Under the pieces are notes generated by a model that worked only from the letters and a program-made list of their open reading frames with translations, made no database searches and was not told the DNA's origin. This document shows positions 1 to 8,139 of a stretch of 40,390 nucleotides of DNA, piece by piece (the stretch's first letter is position 1; each line of letters starts with the position of its first letter). A program made the translations under genes and the position numbers. The DNA is from Polyangiaceae bacterium (GTDB taxonomy: Bacteria > Myxococcota_A > Polyangia > Polyangiales > Polyangiaceae): NCBI GenBank assembly GCA_035063585.1, contig JAPSGB010000040.1, positions 1 through 40,390 on the forward strand. The letters run 5' to 3'.

Positions 1-958
1 CACGGGTGGCACCGGCGGCTCCGGCACGGGTGGCACCGGCGGCTCCGGCACGGGTGGCACCGGCGGCTCCGGCACGGGTGGCACCGGCGGCTCCGGCACG
101 GGTGGCACCGGCGGCTCCGGCGCGGGTGGCACCGGCGGCTCCGGCACGGGTGGCACCGGCGGCTCCGGCACGGGTGGCACCGGCGGCTCCGGCGCGGGTG
201 GCACCGGCGGCTCCGGCACGGGTGGCACCGGCGGTTGTCCGACGACGCTCCCGGGTCCGAAGATGGTTGAAGTCGCGGCGCCCGGCGGCAAACACTACTG
301 CATCGACGCCACCGAGATCTCGAACCGGCAATACAAGTCCTTCCTCGACTCGGGCCAGTCCACCGACGGCCAGAGCGCGGTCTGCACGTGGAACAAGAGC
401 TACGCGCCACTGACCGAGCCGAGCACTTGCGAGACGCTCCGTTACAATCCCGACACGCGCCCGAACGATGCCGTCTCCTGCGTCGACTGGTGTGACGCGG
501 TCGCGTATTGCGAGTGGGCCGGAAAGCGGCTCTGCGGGCGAGTCGGCGGAGGCGCGAACCTCACCGACCGCTCCGGCGACGCCGCCCTGAGCCAGTGGTT
601 CTCGGCATGCTCGCAAGGCGGCACGCTGACCTACCCGTACGGCACGGTCTACAGCTCCGCCGCCTGCTATGACCTGTACGGCGCAGCCATCTGGCCCGCC
701 GCCGTGGGCACGCTCAGCACCTGCGAGGGCGGCTACGCCGGCCTCTTCGATCTGAGCGGCAACGTCAACGAGTGGGAGGACTCGTGCGCCAGCACGCAGG
801 GCGCGAGCGCCGTCTGCCTCTATCGCGGAGGCAGCTACCGGGCTTCGAACGCGCCCATCGCCGGCGATCCGGAGACCGTCCGGTGCGCGTCCGCCGTGAG
901 CGCGCGCCGCGACACGCGCGCGATCAACGTCGGGTTCCGCTGCTGCGCCGACCTCTGA
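1..958 (+). CDS. Formylglycine-generating-enzyme (SUMF1/FGE-sulfatase) domain protein with N-terminal Gly/Thr/Ser-rich linker; 5'-partial
   Basis: The frame of ORF 263..958 stays open back to base 2 and reads (TGGTGGSG)n-GGCPTTLPGPKMVEV. It carries the FGE-family motifs CIDATEI, CVDWCDAVAYCEWAGKRLC, YPYG, LFDLSGNVNEW, RGGSY and terminal VGFRCCAD. Confidence 0.85.
   Translation, partial: TGGTGGSGTGGTGGSGTGGTGGSGTGGTGGSGTGGTGGSGAGGTGGSGTGGTGGSGTGGTGGSGAGGTGGSGTGGTGGCPTTLPGPKMVEVAAPGGKHYCIDATEISNRQYKSFLDSGQSTDGQSAVCTWNKSYAPLTEPSTCETLRYNPDTRPNDAVSCVDWCDAVAYCEWAGKRLCGRVGGGANLTDRSGDAALSQWFSACSQGGTLTYPYGTVYSSAACYDLYGAAIWPAAVGTLSTCEGGYAGLFDLSGNVNEWEDSCASTQGASAVCLYRGGSYRASNAPIAGDPETVRCASAVSARRDTRAINVGFRCCADL
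2..235 (+). repeat. 24-bp coding tandem repeat ACGGGTGGCACCGGCGGCTCCGGC (TGGTGGSG), 9 full copies plus a partial copy
   Basis: Read directly. Units start at 2, 26, 50, 74, 98, 122, 146, 170, 194 and 218; the copies at 122 and 194 begin GCG instead of ACG. Confidence 0.97.
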
Positions 959-1042
959 CGCGCGCAGCCGCCGCCGCCCGCGCGGAGTGAGGTTTCCTGA
1001 TGGAGGTCGGCCCGGCGCGGTACCCCGCGGCGCGGCCGCGCG

Positions 1043-2716
1043 TCAGGGCGTAGGCACGTCGCCGAGCGCGAACTCGATGGCGAAGCGCCGCGGCCGCCAG
1101 GGCGCGACGAGTCCGCGCCGCGCGGCGCGCCGCACCGCGGCGTCGCCGCCGGCGGTCGCGCGATAGTCGCCGATGGCGTCGGCGTGGCGTCCCCCTGCGT
1201 CGCGCGCGCGAGCGCGCCAGAGATGAAACGCCGCCCTCCGCTCGCCATCCGCGTGCCCGCGCTCGATGGCGCGATCGAGCGCAGCCTCGGCCGCGTGCGG
1301 ATCGCCGGCGTGGAGCGCGAGCAGCCCCGCCACGAACCAGTACACGGCCTCCTCCGGCGCGCGCGCGAGCGCGTCGTCGAGGTGGCGGCGCGCTCGCGGC
1401 AGATCTCCATCGTCGAAGTACGCCTCGTAGGCGTCGCGGTAGGCGTCGAGCGCCTCGGATGCGCGGAGGTCGGCGGGCACGCCGCCCCGCAGCGCCGGGA
1501 GGTCGGGGCGCGCCGTCTCGCCGTCGAGCTCGAAGGCGAGGTACGGTCGCGTCGAGACCGGCGCGCGCCCGGTCGCGACGTACACGACGCGATCATCCGG
1601 CGCGAACACGACGGACGCGACCGTGAGCGGCATGGCGATCGCGTTCGCGAGCCGACACCCGTCGCCGAGGTCGCCGAGCATGGCGGCGATGCCGTCCGCG
1701 TCGATGCGGCCTCGCTCACTCGCGAGGCGCTGGTTCACGCGACGATAGCGCGCGGTGTTGTTGCGCCAGTGCGACGGGTAGAGGTGGAGCTCACTCTTCG
1801 CGAGCTCCGAATCGACGAAGATGTTGCTGTAGCCGAAGGTGTCTCCCTCGGCGCGAAAGCTCGCGCGCCGCGCCGGCGACACCTCGTACACGAGCACGGC
1901 TCTCTCGCGCGCCGAGGCGATGAGGTACGTCCAGCAGCCGTTCGGGCGGTGCGCGTCGAGGATGCGCTCGGCGTCATCGAGGCTCCGCGCGTGACGCATC
2001 ACCTGATCGCCCGTGACACCGATGGGCACCCCGCCGAGCCGCAGATCGCGCGAGGCCATGTGCTGGTGGACGGCGAGCGTGAGCCCGGAGGCGTTCATGG
2101 CCGTGATCCCACCGAACAGGATCCCCGCCGCCGACACCGACACGTAGGGCTGCCCGTTCGAGGGCCGATGAAACACCACGGCCTGCTCGCGATCCCACGC
2201 GCCGACGCCCTGATAGTCGAAATTCCGGCCGTGCAGGAGCTTGCCGTCTCGCGTCGCGTCGCCCCACGCGATGGCGCTCGTGCAGCCGAGCAGCGGCACT
2301 CCATGACGCGGCGCGGCGTCCAGGTCGCGCAGATCCATCAGCCGCCGGAGCACCCAGAGGTAGCTCTCGGGCATGGTGACCGCGCGGAGCAGCGCCCCGC
2401 GACTGAGCTCCGCGCCGTCGGCGAGGCCGTTCAGCGCCTCGCGCGCCTCGCGCGGGAAGCCCGCGGCGATTCGCCGCCCGACCGTCTGTCCGAGCAGTGC
2501 GGCGAGCAGCTTCCCTGCGCGCGGCCCGGCGCCCGCGCCGAGCATCCGCTCGAGGTACCGCTCGAAATACGGCACCGGACCCCGCCGGATCGCCTGCTTC
2601 AGGATCGCGCCGTGCTGGTAACCCATCTCGTAGTCGTCTCCGCTCACGCGGAGGACGTGCAGGCCCTCGACGCGCCGGTAGGGCGCGGGCGCGGCCGTCG
2701 AACTCGTGGCTCGCAT
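1043..2716 (-). CDS. C45-family autoproteolytic Ntn-hydrolase/acyltransferase with C-terminal TPR-like region
   Basis: Motifs G-DDYEMGYQHG, G|CTSAIAWGDATRDGKLLHGRNFDY (autocleavage Cys) and TAMNASGL. The helical C-terminus resembles TPRs (ARRHLDDALARAPEEAVYWFVAG). The start is placed at ATG 2716 (MRATSS) rather than 2791. Confidence 0.8.
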   Translation of the reverse strand: MRATSSTAAPAPYRRVEGLHVLRVSGDDYEMGYQHGAILKQAIRRGPVPYFERYLERMLGAGAGPRAGKLLAALLGQTVGRRIAAGFPREAREALNGLADGAELSRGALLRAVTMPESYLWVLRRLMDLRDLDAAPRHGVPLLGCTSAIAWGDATRDGKLLHGRNFDYQGVGAWDREQAVVFHRPSNGQPYVSVSAAGILFGGITAMNASGLTLAVHQHMASRDLRLGGVPIGVTGDQVMRHARSLDDAERILDAHRPNGCWTYLIASARERAVLVYEVSPARRASFRAEGDTFGYSNIFVDSELAKSELHLYPSHWRNNTARYRRVNQRLASERGRIDADGIAAMLGDLGDGCRLANAIAMPLTVASVVFAPDDRVVYVATGRAPVSTRPYLAFELDGETARPDLPALRGGVPADLRASEALDAYRDAYEAYFDDGDLPRARRHLDDALARAPEEAVYWFVAGLLALHAGDPHAAEAALDRAIERGHADGERRAAFHLWRARARDAGGRHADAIGDYRATAGGDAAVRRAARRGLVAPWRPRRFAIEFALGDVPTP

Positions 2717-2820
2717 GTCCCGAGCCTTTTCACAGGCCTGCCTCGCCGGCAACCGCACCAGGCCGAACACTGAATGCCGGAAACTGGACAACCTATCAGT
2801 AGTCTTCTACAGGAACCTTC

Positions 2821-3063
2821 ATGACTCGCCTCCACCTGGTCGTCCTGCACTGCCTCTTCCATGCCGCCTCGCGCGGCAAGCCGCTCACCGCGCCGCTGCT
2901 CGCCACCCGCCTGGAGCTCGAGCCGAGCCGGCTCGGTGCGGTGCTCTCCGCCCTCGAGGACGCGGGGCTCGCGCGCGGCCTCCGACTCACCCTCCCCGGT
3001 CTCGCCTGGGTCGCCGCTACCCGCCCGGCCGGCGCGCGCCGCGCGCCGGCGCTCGCCGCGTGA
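2821..3063 (+). CDS. Small hypothetical protein, possible winged helix-turn-helix
   Basis: AGGA SD-like sequence before the ATG and GC3-rich codons. LTAPLLATRLELEPSRLGAVLSALEDAGLA...LRLTLPG has a wHTH-like pattern. Confidence 0.55.
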   Translation: MTRLHLVVLHCLFHAASRGKPLTAPLLATRLELEPSRLGAVLSALEDAGLARGLRLTLPGLAWVAATRPAGARRAPALAA

Positions 3064-3163
3064 ACGGCGGCCGCGACGCCGGCCGCGCCGCGCAGACCAT
3101 CGGCGAACGCTCTCGGCCCTCGAACGACGTCGGCCGGCGCGCGGCGGTCGACCACGCCGGCCG

Positions 3164-4162
3164 TCAGGGCTTCGAGGTCGCGCGGATGATGGCGATCAGC
3201 GCGGCGAACACGAAGAGCGCGAGGAGCACGACCAGGCTGGTCGGCAGCCGGCGCGCCTCCTGCTTGGCGGCCTTGCCGCGACTCGACGCGCGCCGCGACA
3301 CGCGCTCGGGCGCGCCCTCGCCTCGCGGTGAGGGCGCGGGCTGCTCCCGGGCAGCCGAGGGCTCGACCGCCGGGCGCGGCGCAGCCCGCTTCGCGGTGGA
3401 ACGCCGAGGGCTCGCGGCCGGCGCGGGACGCGCGGACGCGCTCGCACCGCTCGCGCGTCGCTCGGCCGCGCGGGCCAGCTTCGCGGCGGCGCGCGCCTTG
3501 CGCGCCGCCTTCTTCGAGACGGGGGCGCGCGGGCTCGGGCTCGGGCTCGGAGGCGCCGTGGACGCCGCGGCCGGCTTCGCCGCGCGCGGCTCGGGGCGCG
3601 ACGCTCCCGCAGGCGACGCCGCGCCGCGCTGCTCGCGCGCGAGCCGCTGAAGCTCGCGCTTGGCCTTCTTCGCGGAGCGGCGGCCCGATGCGCCCGCGGG
3701 CGCGGGCTTGGCGATTGCGGGCGCGGGCTTGGCGACCGCGGGCGCGGGCTTGGCGACCACGGGTTCGGCGACCGCGGGCGCGGGCTTGGCGACCGCGGGT
3801 TCGGCGACCGCGGGCGCGGGCTTGGTGACCGTGGGCGCGGGCTTGGCGACCACGGGCCTGGGCTCGGTGCGCGCAGGCGCGAGCGCGGGCTTCGCGGGCG
3901 CAGGCGCGAGCGCGATCGAGGGCACTCGCGGCGCGGCGGGGAGCACCACGGCGCTCGGCTGCGGCGTCTCCCAGCCCGCGTCCACCTCCTGCGTCGGCGG
4001 CGGGACGGAGCGCGCGCTCGCCGCGTCGGGCGCCGGCTCGTCTCCCCAGCCGGCGTCCACCTCCTGCGTCGGCGGCGGGATGGAGCGCGCGCTCGCGGCG
4101 CCAGGCGCGGGCTCGTTCGCCCAGCCGGAGTCGAGCTCGTCGCCGTCGGCCGCGTCGTCCAT
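3164..4162 (-). CDS. Low-complexity Pro/Ala-rich protein with internal repeats and C-terminal membrane anchor
   Basis: Acidic N-terminus with three E[LV]D[SA]GW motifs, AVAKPAP repeats, a basic region, and a hydrophobic C-terminus (LVVLLALFVFAALIAII). It fills the gap between its neighbours. Confidence 0.65.
   Translation of the reverse strand: MDDAADGDELDSGWANEPAPGAASARSIPPPTQEVDAGWGDEPAPDAASARSVPPPTQEVDAGWETPQPSAVVLPAAPRVPSIALAPAPAKPALAPARTEPRPVVAKPAPTVTKPAPAVAEPAVAKPAPAVAEPVVAKPAPAVAKPAPAIAKPAPAGASGRRSAKKAKRELQRLAREQRGAASPAGASRPEPRAAKPAAASTAPPSPSPSPRAPVSKKAARKARAAAKLARAAERRASGASASARPAPAASPRRSTAKRAAPRPAVEPSAAREQPAPSPRGEGAPERVSRRASSRGKAAKQEARRLPTSLVVLLALFVFAALIAIIRATSKP
3695..3856 (-). repeat. 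Imperfect ~21-bp coding repeats (AVAKPAP/AVAEP) in the 3164..4162 gene
   Basis: Recurrent GGGCGCGGGCTTGGCGACCGC units on the + strand. Confidence 0.85.
3971..4138 (-). repeat. 75-bp period coding repeat (ARS[IV]PPPTQEVDAGW unit)
   Basis: CCAGCC (GW) anchors at 3971, 4046 and 4121, exactly 75 nt apart; the first two units are nearly identical. Confidence 0.85.
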
Positions 4163-4330
4163 CGGGGAGCCGGATCTAGCCTGCAGCGGCGGACTTGTCG
4201 CCGGAAAAGCGCCGCGCCGCCGGGCCGCGCCGCCGGCCGCGCCGGACCGGCACCCGGGCGCCCGCTCGCGCTGCTGAGCCTCGGCCGAGGCCTTGTCGAG
4301 GCCTCCAGCCTGGCGTTAGACGACTGCGCG

Positions 4331-5608
4331 ATGACCGCGCCCGAGACAGCGGAAGCTCGCGCAGGGCCGCGCTTCGACGTGCTCGCGGGGGTGAGCGCGG
4401 CGCACCTGCTGAACGACGCGATGCAGTCGGTGCTCCTCGCGCTCTACCCGCTCCTCAAGGGCGAGCTCGCGCTCGGGTTCTTCGAAATCGGCGCGATCAC
4501 CTTCACGTTTCAGCTCACCGCCTCGCTGCTCCAGCCGCTCGTCGGGCTGGTCGCCGACCGGCATCCGTTCCCGCTCATCCTCCCGCTCGGCATGGCGTTC
4601 TCGGCGAGCGGCCTCTGGCTCCTCTCCGTCGCGCCGAGTTACCCGCTCGTCCTCGCGAGCGTAGCGCTCATCGGCTGCGGGTCGGCCACGCTGCACCCGG
4701 AGGCGTCGCGCGTGGCGCGGCTCGCCTCGGGCGGGCGGTACGGGCTCGCGCAGTCGATCTTTCAAATCGGCGGCAACACCGGGCAGGCGCTCGGGCCGCT
4801 GCTCGCGGCGTTGCTGGTGCTTGGGCACGGCGACGCGGGGCGCCCGCGGGTCGCCTGGTTCGCGCTCATCGCGCTCGCCGCCACCGTGATCCTGCTGAAG
4901 GTTGCGCGCTACTATCGCGGGAGCCTCGCTCGCACGCGAGGCCAGCGCGCGAGCGAGGGCGCGCCCCGCTACGCGCCGGCGCTCGTGCGGCGCACCGTGC
5001 TGCTCCTCTTCGCGCTGATGTTCTCGAAGTTCTTCTATCTCGTGAGCATCAGCAGCTTCCTCTCGTTCTACCTGATTCATCGGTTTCAGGTGTCGGACAG
5101 CACCGCCGCGCACCTGCTCTCGGTGTTCCTCTTCGCGGTCGCGCTGGGCACGCTCGTCGGCGGGCCGCTCGGCGATCGCCTCGGGCGTCGGCGCGTCATC
5201 TGGTTCTCGATCCTCGGCTGCGCTCCGTTCTCGCTGCTCCTGCCCCACGTCGGGCTCGAGATGACGGTCGCGCTCACGGTCGTCATCGGGCTCGTCCTCG
5301 CCTCGGCGTTCCCCGCCATCGTGGTCTACGCCCAAGACCTGCTCACCGAGCGCATCGGCATGGTCTCCGGGCTCTTCTTCGGCCTCAGCTTCGGACTCGG
5401 CGGTATCGGCGCGGCGGTGCTCGGCTTCGTGGCGGATCGCTACGGGATCGGGTTCGTCTACGAGGTGTGCGCGTTCCTACCGCTCATCGGCGCGCTCGCC
5501 TTCCTCTTGCCCGACGTGCGCCCACCCGGGCCGAGCGCGGCGGCCGGCGCCGGCCCCGTTGCGCGGCCGGCAGGGCAAACTCCTGAGTTCCCTTCACTTG
5601 ACAGCTAG
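4331..5608 (+). CDS. fsr: MFS transporter, fosmidomycin-resistance (Fsr) family
   Basis: HLLNDAMQS, QLTASLLQPLVG, HPEASRVARLASGGRYGLAQSIFQIGGNTG, FSKFFYL, GGPLGDRLGRRRVIWFSILG and SAFPAIVVYAQDL...GMVSGLFFG match Fsr. Confidence 0.9.
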   Translation: MTAPETAEARAGPRFDVLAGVSAAHLLNDAMQSVLLALYPLLKGELALGFFEIGAITFTFQLTASLLQPLVGLVADRHPFPLILPLGMAFSASGLWLLSVAPSYPLVLASVALIGCGSATLHPEASRVARLASGGRYGLAQSIFQIGGNTGQALGPLLAALLVLGHGDAGRPRVAWFALIALAATVILLKVARYYRGSLARTRGQRASEGAPRYAPALVRRTVLLLFALMFSKFFYLVSISSFLSFYLIHRFQVSDSTAAHLLSVFLFAVALGTLVGGPLGDRLGRRRVIWFSILGCAPFSLLLPHVGLEMTVALTVVIGLVLASAFPAIVVYAQDLLTERIGMVSGLFFGLSFGLGGIGAAVLGFVADRYGIGFVYEVCAFLPLIGALAFLLPDVRPPGPSAAAGAGPVARPAGQTPEFPSLDS

Positions 5609-5629
5609 TCGGCGCTAGGCTTCCGCGCA

Positions 5630-7159
5630 ATGTCCGGGCCGGCGAGCGAAGCGACGGAGCACGTCGATCCTACCCAGCTCCGAGCGAGGCACCGCGTCGG
5701 CACCACGCTCCGCGACAAATGGCGGCTCGACGCGCTGCTCGGCGTCGGCGGGATGGCCGCGGTCTACGCCGGGACGCACCGAAACGGCAGCCGCGGCGCG
5801 CTGAAGCTCCTGCACGCCGAGCTCAGCGTCGACCCGCACGTGCGCGCTCGGTTCCTGAAGGAAGGCTACGCCGCCAACAAGGTCGAGCACCCCGGCGTGG
5901 TGCGGGTGCTCGACGATGACGTCACCGAGGACGGCTCGCTCTTCATGGTGATGGAGCTGCTCGACGGCGAGTCGCTCGAGGCGCGGCGGGAGCGGCTCGG
6001 CGGGCGGCTCACCTCGGAGGAGGTGCTCTCCATCGCCGACCAGCTCCTCGACGTGCTCGCGGCGGCGCACGACCGAGGCATCATCCACCGCGACATCAAG
6101 CCGGAGAACGTGTTTCTCACCCGCGACGGCACGATCAAGGTCTTAGATTTCGGGATTGCGCGGCTCCGCGAGCTGTCGACCCCGAGCCAGGCCACGCGCT
6201 CGGGGTCCACCATGGGCACGCCGGCGTTCATGTCACCCGAGCACGCGCGCGGGCTGTGGGACGAGGTGGACGCGCGCAGCGACCTCTGGAGCGTGGGCGC
6301 GAGCCTGTTCGAGCTCCTCACCGGAAAGCTCGTGCATGACGGACGCACCACCAACGAGCAGCTCCTCAGCGCGATGACCCAGCCGGCGCGGCCGCTCGCG
6401 AGCGTGCTCCCCGGCGCGCATCCCGCGCTCGCCGCGCTGGTCGACACCGCGCTCGCCTTCGACAAAGACCGGCGCTTCACCGACGCGCGCGCGATGCAGC
6501 ACGCGGTCCGGCGCGCGTACCACGAGCTCGAGAATGGCGCGCCCATCACGAGCCGACCGAAGCTCACCGTCCCGGAGTCGGTGCCGAACCGCACCCTCGC
6601 CTCCGCCAATGACCTGGAGCTCGGCGCGCGCGTCCTCCCGACCACCGGCGCAGCGGTGAGCGCGGGGCGCTCGAACTTCGCGCGGCGAGCGGCGCCCTCG
6701 CCGCGCCGGGCCTTCGTGCTCGCCGCCGCCGTGCTCTGCCTGGTCGCCGGGTTCGGGGCGCTCGTGATCCTGATGGTGGAACGGTGGGATCGCGAGCGGG
6801 CGCGCGCCGAGGCGCTCGCGAGCGGCGTGGTGGCTGCGCCCCTGCCGCTCGCGCCGGAGGGCGCTCCGGGAGCGCGCGCGGACACCGGCGCGGAAGCGGG
6901 CGTCGACGCGGCGCCGCGGGGCGCGGGGGAGGTCGTCGAGCTCTCCGCGCTGCCCACCGCGAGCGCAAAGTCCGCCAAGCCCTCGAAGCCGGTCCCCGGC
7001 GCGAAGCCGGTCCCCGGCGCGAAGCCGGCTCCCGGCGCGAAGCCGGTCCCCGGCGCGAAGCCGGCCGGCGCGCCCGCGACGCCGACCGCGACCGGCGCGA
7101 AGCCGACCGCGACCGGCGCGAAGCCGAAGCCGGGCTTGTCGAATCAACAGGACTGGTGA
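5630..7159 (+). CDS. Eukaryotic-like membrane Ser/Thr protein kinase
   Basis: LGVGGMAAVY, ALK, HRDIKPEN, DFG, GTPAFMSPE and DLWSVG are present, followed by one TM helix and a Pro/Ala/Lys-rich tail. Confidence 0.93.
   Translation: MSGPASEATEHVDPTQLRARHRVGTTLRDKWRLDALLGVGGMAAVYAGTHRNGSRGALKLLHAELSVDPHVRARFLKEGYAANKVEHPGVVRVLDDDVTEDGSLFMVMELLDGESLEARRERLGGRLTSEEVLSIADQLLDVLAAAHDRGIIHRDIKPENVFLTRDGTIKVLDFGIARLRELSTPSQATRSGSTMGTPAFMSPEHARGLWDEVDARSDLWSVGASLFELLTGKLVHDGRTTNEQLLSAMTQPARPLASVLPGAHPALAALVDTALAFDKDRRFTDARAMQHAVRRAYHELENGAPITSRPKLTVPESVPNRTLASANDLELGARVLPTTGAAVSAGRSNFARRAAPSPRRAFVLAAAVLCLVAGFGALVILMVERWDRERARAEALASGVVAAPLPLAPEGAPGARADTGAEAGVDAAPRGAGEVVELSALPTASAKSAKPSKPVPGAKPVPGAKPAPGAKPVPGAKPAGAPATPTATGAKPTATGAKPKPGLSNQQDW
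6985..7130 (+). repeat. Coding repeats in the kinase tail: 18-bp (KPVPGA) x4, then 21-bp (PTATGAK) x2
   Basis: GAAGCCGGTCCCCGGCGC and GCCGACCGCGACCGGCGCGAA units read directly. Confidence 0.85.
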
Positions 7160-7203
7160 GCGGCGCGCGGCCCCCGCGCGATACGTAGGGCGTCGGGTAA
7201 TTA

Positions 7204-7224
7204 CGTCGAAATCGTGGCGTCCCC
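7204..7224. repeat. att-like direct repeat, distal copy (CGTCGAAATCGTGGCGTCCCC)
   Basis: Exact match to 8445..8465. Its reverse complement is the last 10 nt of the tRNA (GGGGACGCCA) plus 11 nt of trailer. Confidence 0.92.
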
Positions 7225-7368
7225 GGCTGGAGGAGTTTCGAGCTGCTGCCATCCGGGCGAGCTGAACCCTGTTATTCCAGGTACTTGGAGGGTTCAAGCG
7301 CCCGCCGCCCCGGCCGCCGAGCGCGTGATTTCCGCGACAGGCTTCGAGCCTAATCTGGGAACCCGACC

Positions 7369-7397
7369 TTGATCCCAAATTGGGATCGTATTACATC
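7369..7397 (+). promoter_or_regulatory. higBA promoter overlapped by the palindromic operator GATCCCAA-A-TTGGGATC (7371..7387)
   Basis: Perfect 8-bp inverted repeat. TTGATC (7369-7374) lies 17 nt before a weak -10 TACATC (7392-7397), which ends 6 nt before GTG 7404. Confidence 0.7.
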
Positions 7398-7403
7398 GTT
7401 ACT

Positions 7404-7706
7404 GTGAACGTCATCGCGGTCGGGACTCTCCGCGAGTTCTGGATGTCGCACCCAGACGCGGAGGGGCCGCTCCGAGCCTGGTACGCGGAGGCGAACGCTG
7501 CGGAGTGGACCAAGCCCCAAGACCTCAAGGACCGCTTTCCGAGCGCCGACTTCATCGGGGACAGGGTCGTGTTCAACATCAAGGGAAACACCTACCGGTT
7601 GATCGTAGCTGTCTACTTTCCCGGTCGAATCATGTTCATCAAGTTCATTGGGACGCACGCCGAATACGACGAGATCGACGCCGTAACCGTGTCCTACGAG
7701 AGGTAG
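7404..7706 (+). CDS. higB: HigB toxin (RelE superfamily mRNA interferase)
   Basis: MNVIAVGTLREFW..HPDAEGPLRAWY...W..PQDLK..FPSAD....RVVFNIKGNTYRLI......MFIKFIGTHAEYD. The start is placed at GTG 7404 by analogy to the family N-terminus. Confidence 0.92.
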   Translation: MNVIAVGTLREFWMSHPDAEGPLRAWYAEANAAEWTKPQDLKDRFPSADFIGDRVVFNIKGNTYRLIVAVYFPGRIMFIKFIGTHAEYDEIDAVTVSYER

Positions 7707-7712
7707 GAAGCC

Positions 7713-8123
7713 ATGACCATCAAGCCCATCAGGACCGAAGAGGACTACGACGCCGCACTCCAGGCGATCGAGGATGCATGGGGTGCCGAGCCGGGTAGCG
7801 CGAAGGCAGATCGGCTCGAGGTGATGGCTCTCCTTGTACGGCAATACGAGGAGCAGCATCACCCGGTTCCGCCGCCCGACCCCATCGACGCCATCAAGTT
7901 TCGCCTCGACCAGCTGGGACTCGACCCTTCGGCTCTTGAAGACGTGATTGGCGTAGGGCGCGGTCGCGTATCCGAGATTCTCAACAGGCGGCGGGCTCTC
8001 AACCTGAAGATGATTCGCAAGCTGAACGAGCGGTTGCAGATCGCCCCAAGCGTGTTGATCGCGGAGTACGCGCTCAAGAAGCCTGGTGGGCTACGAGACG
8101 ACGACTCGAAGCAGCGACATTGA
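7713..8123 (+). CDS. higA: HigA antitoxin (XRE/Cro-type HTH)
   Basis: IKPIRTEEDYDAAL, DRLEVMALLV..YEEQH.PVPPPDPIDAIKF, and RVSEILNRRRALNLKMIRKL. It lies directly downstream of higB with an AGGA SD. Confidence 0.92.
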   Translation: MTIKPIRTEEDYDAALQAIEDAWGAEPGSAKADRLEVMALLVRQYEEQHHPVPPPDPIDAIKFRLDQLGLDPSALEDVIGVGRGRVSEILNRRRALNLKMIRKLNERLQIAPSVLIAEYALKKPGGLRDDDSKQRH

Positions 8124-8139
8124 GCACAGTGGACGCCAG

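Noticed and set aside
2..235. 24-bp repeat array as a possible CRISPR, and ORF 6..413 (APAAPARV)n
   Set aside because: The repeats are contiguous with no spacers and no cas genes. The natural reading is the Gly-rich linker in frame with the FGE domain, so 6..413 is an off-frame shadow.
760..958. FGE/C-type-lectin-fold C-terminus as a diversity-generating retroelement target
   Set aside because: No reverse transcriptase and no second near-copy (template repeat) of this region were seen in the window.
5598..5621. Perfect TTGACA before the kinase as a canonical -35 (similar case upstream of the FmdB gene near 35330)
   Set aside because: Spacing to the TAGGCT/TAGCCT hexamers is only 12 and 11 nt, which is incompatible with a standard sigma70 promoter.
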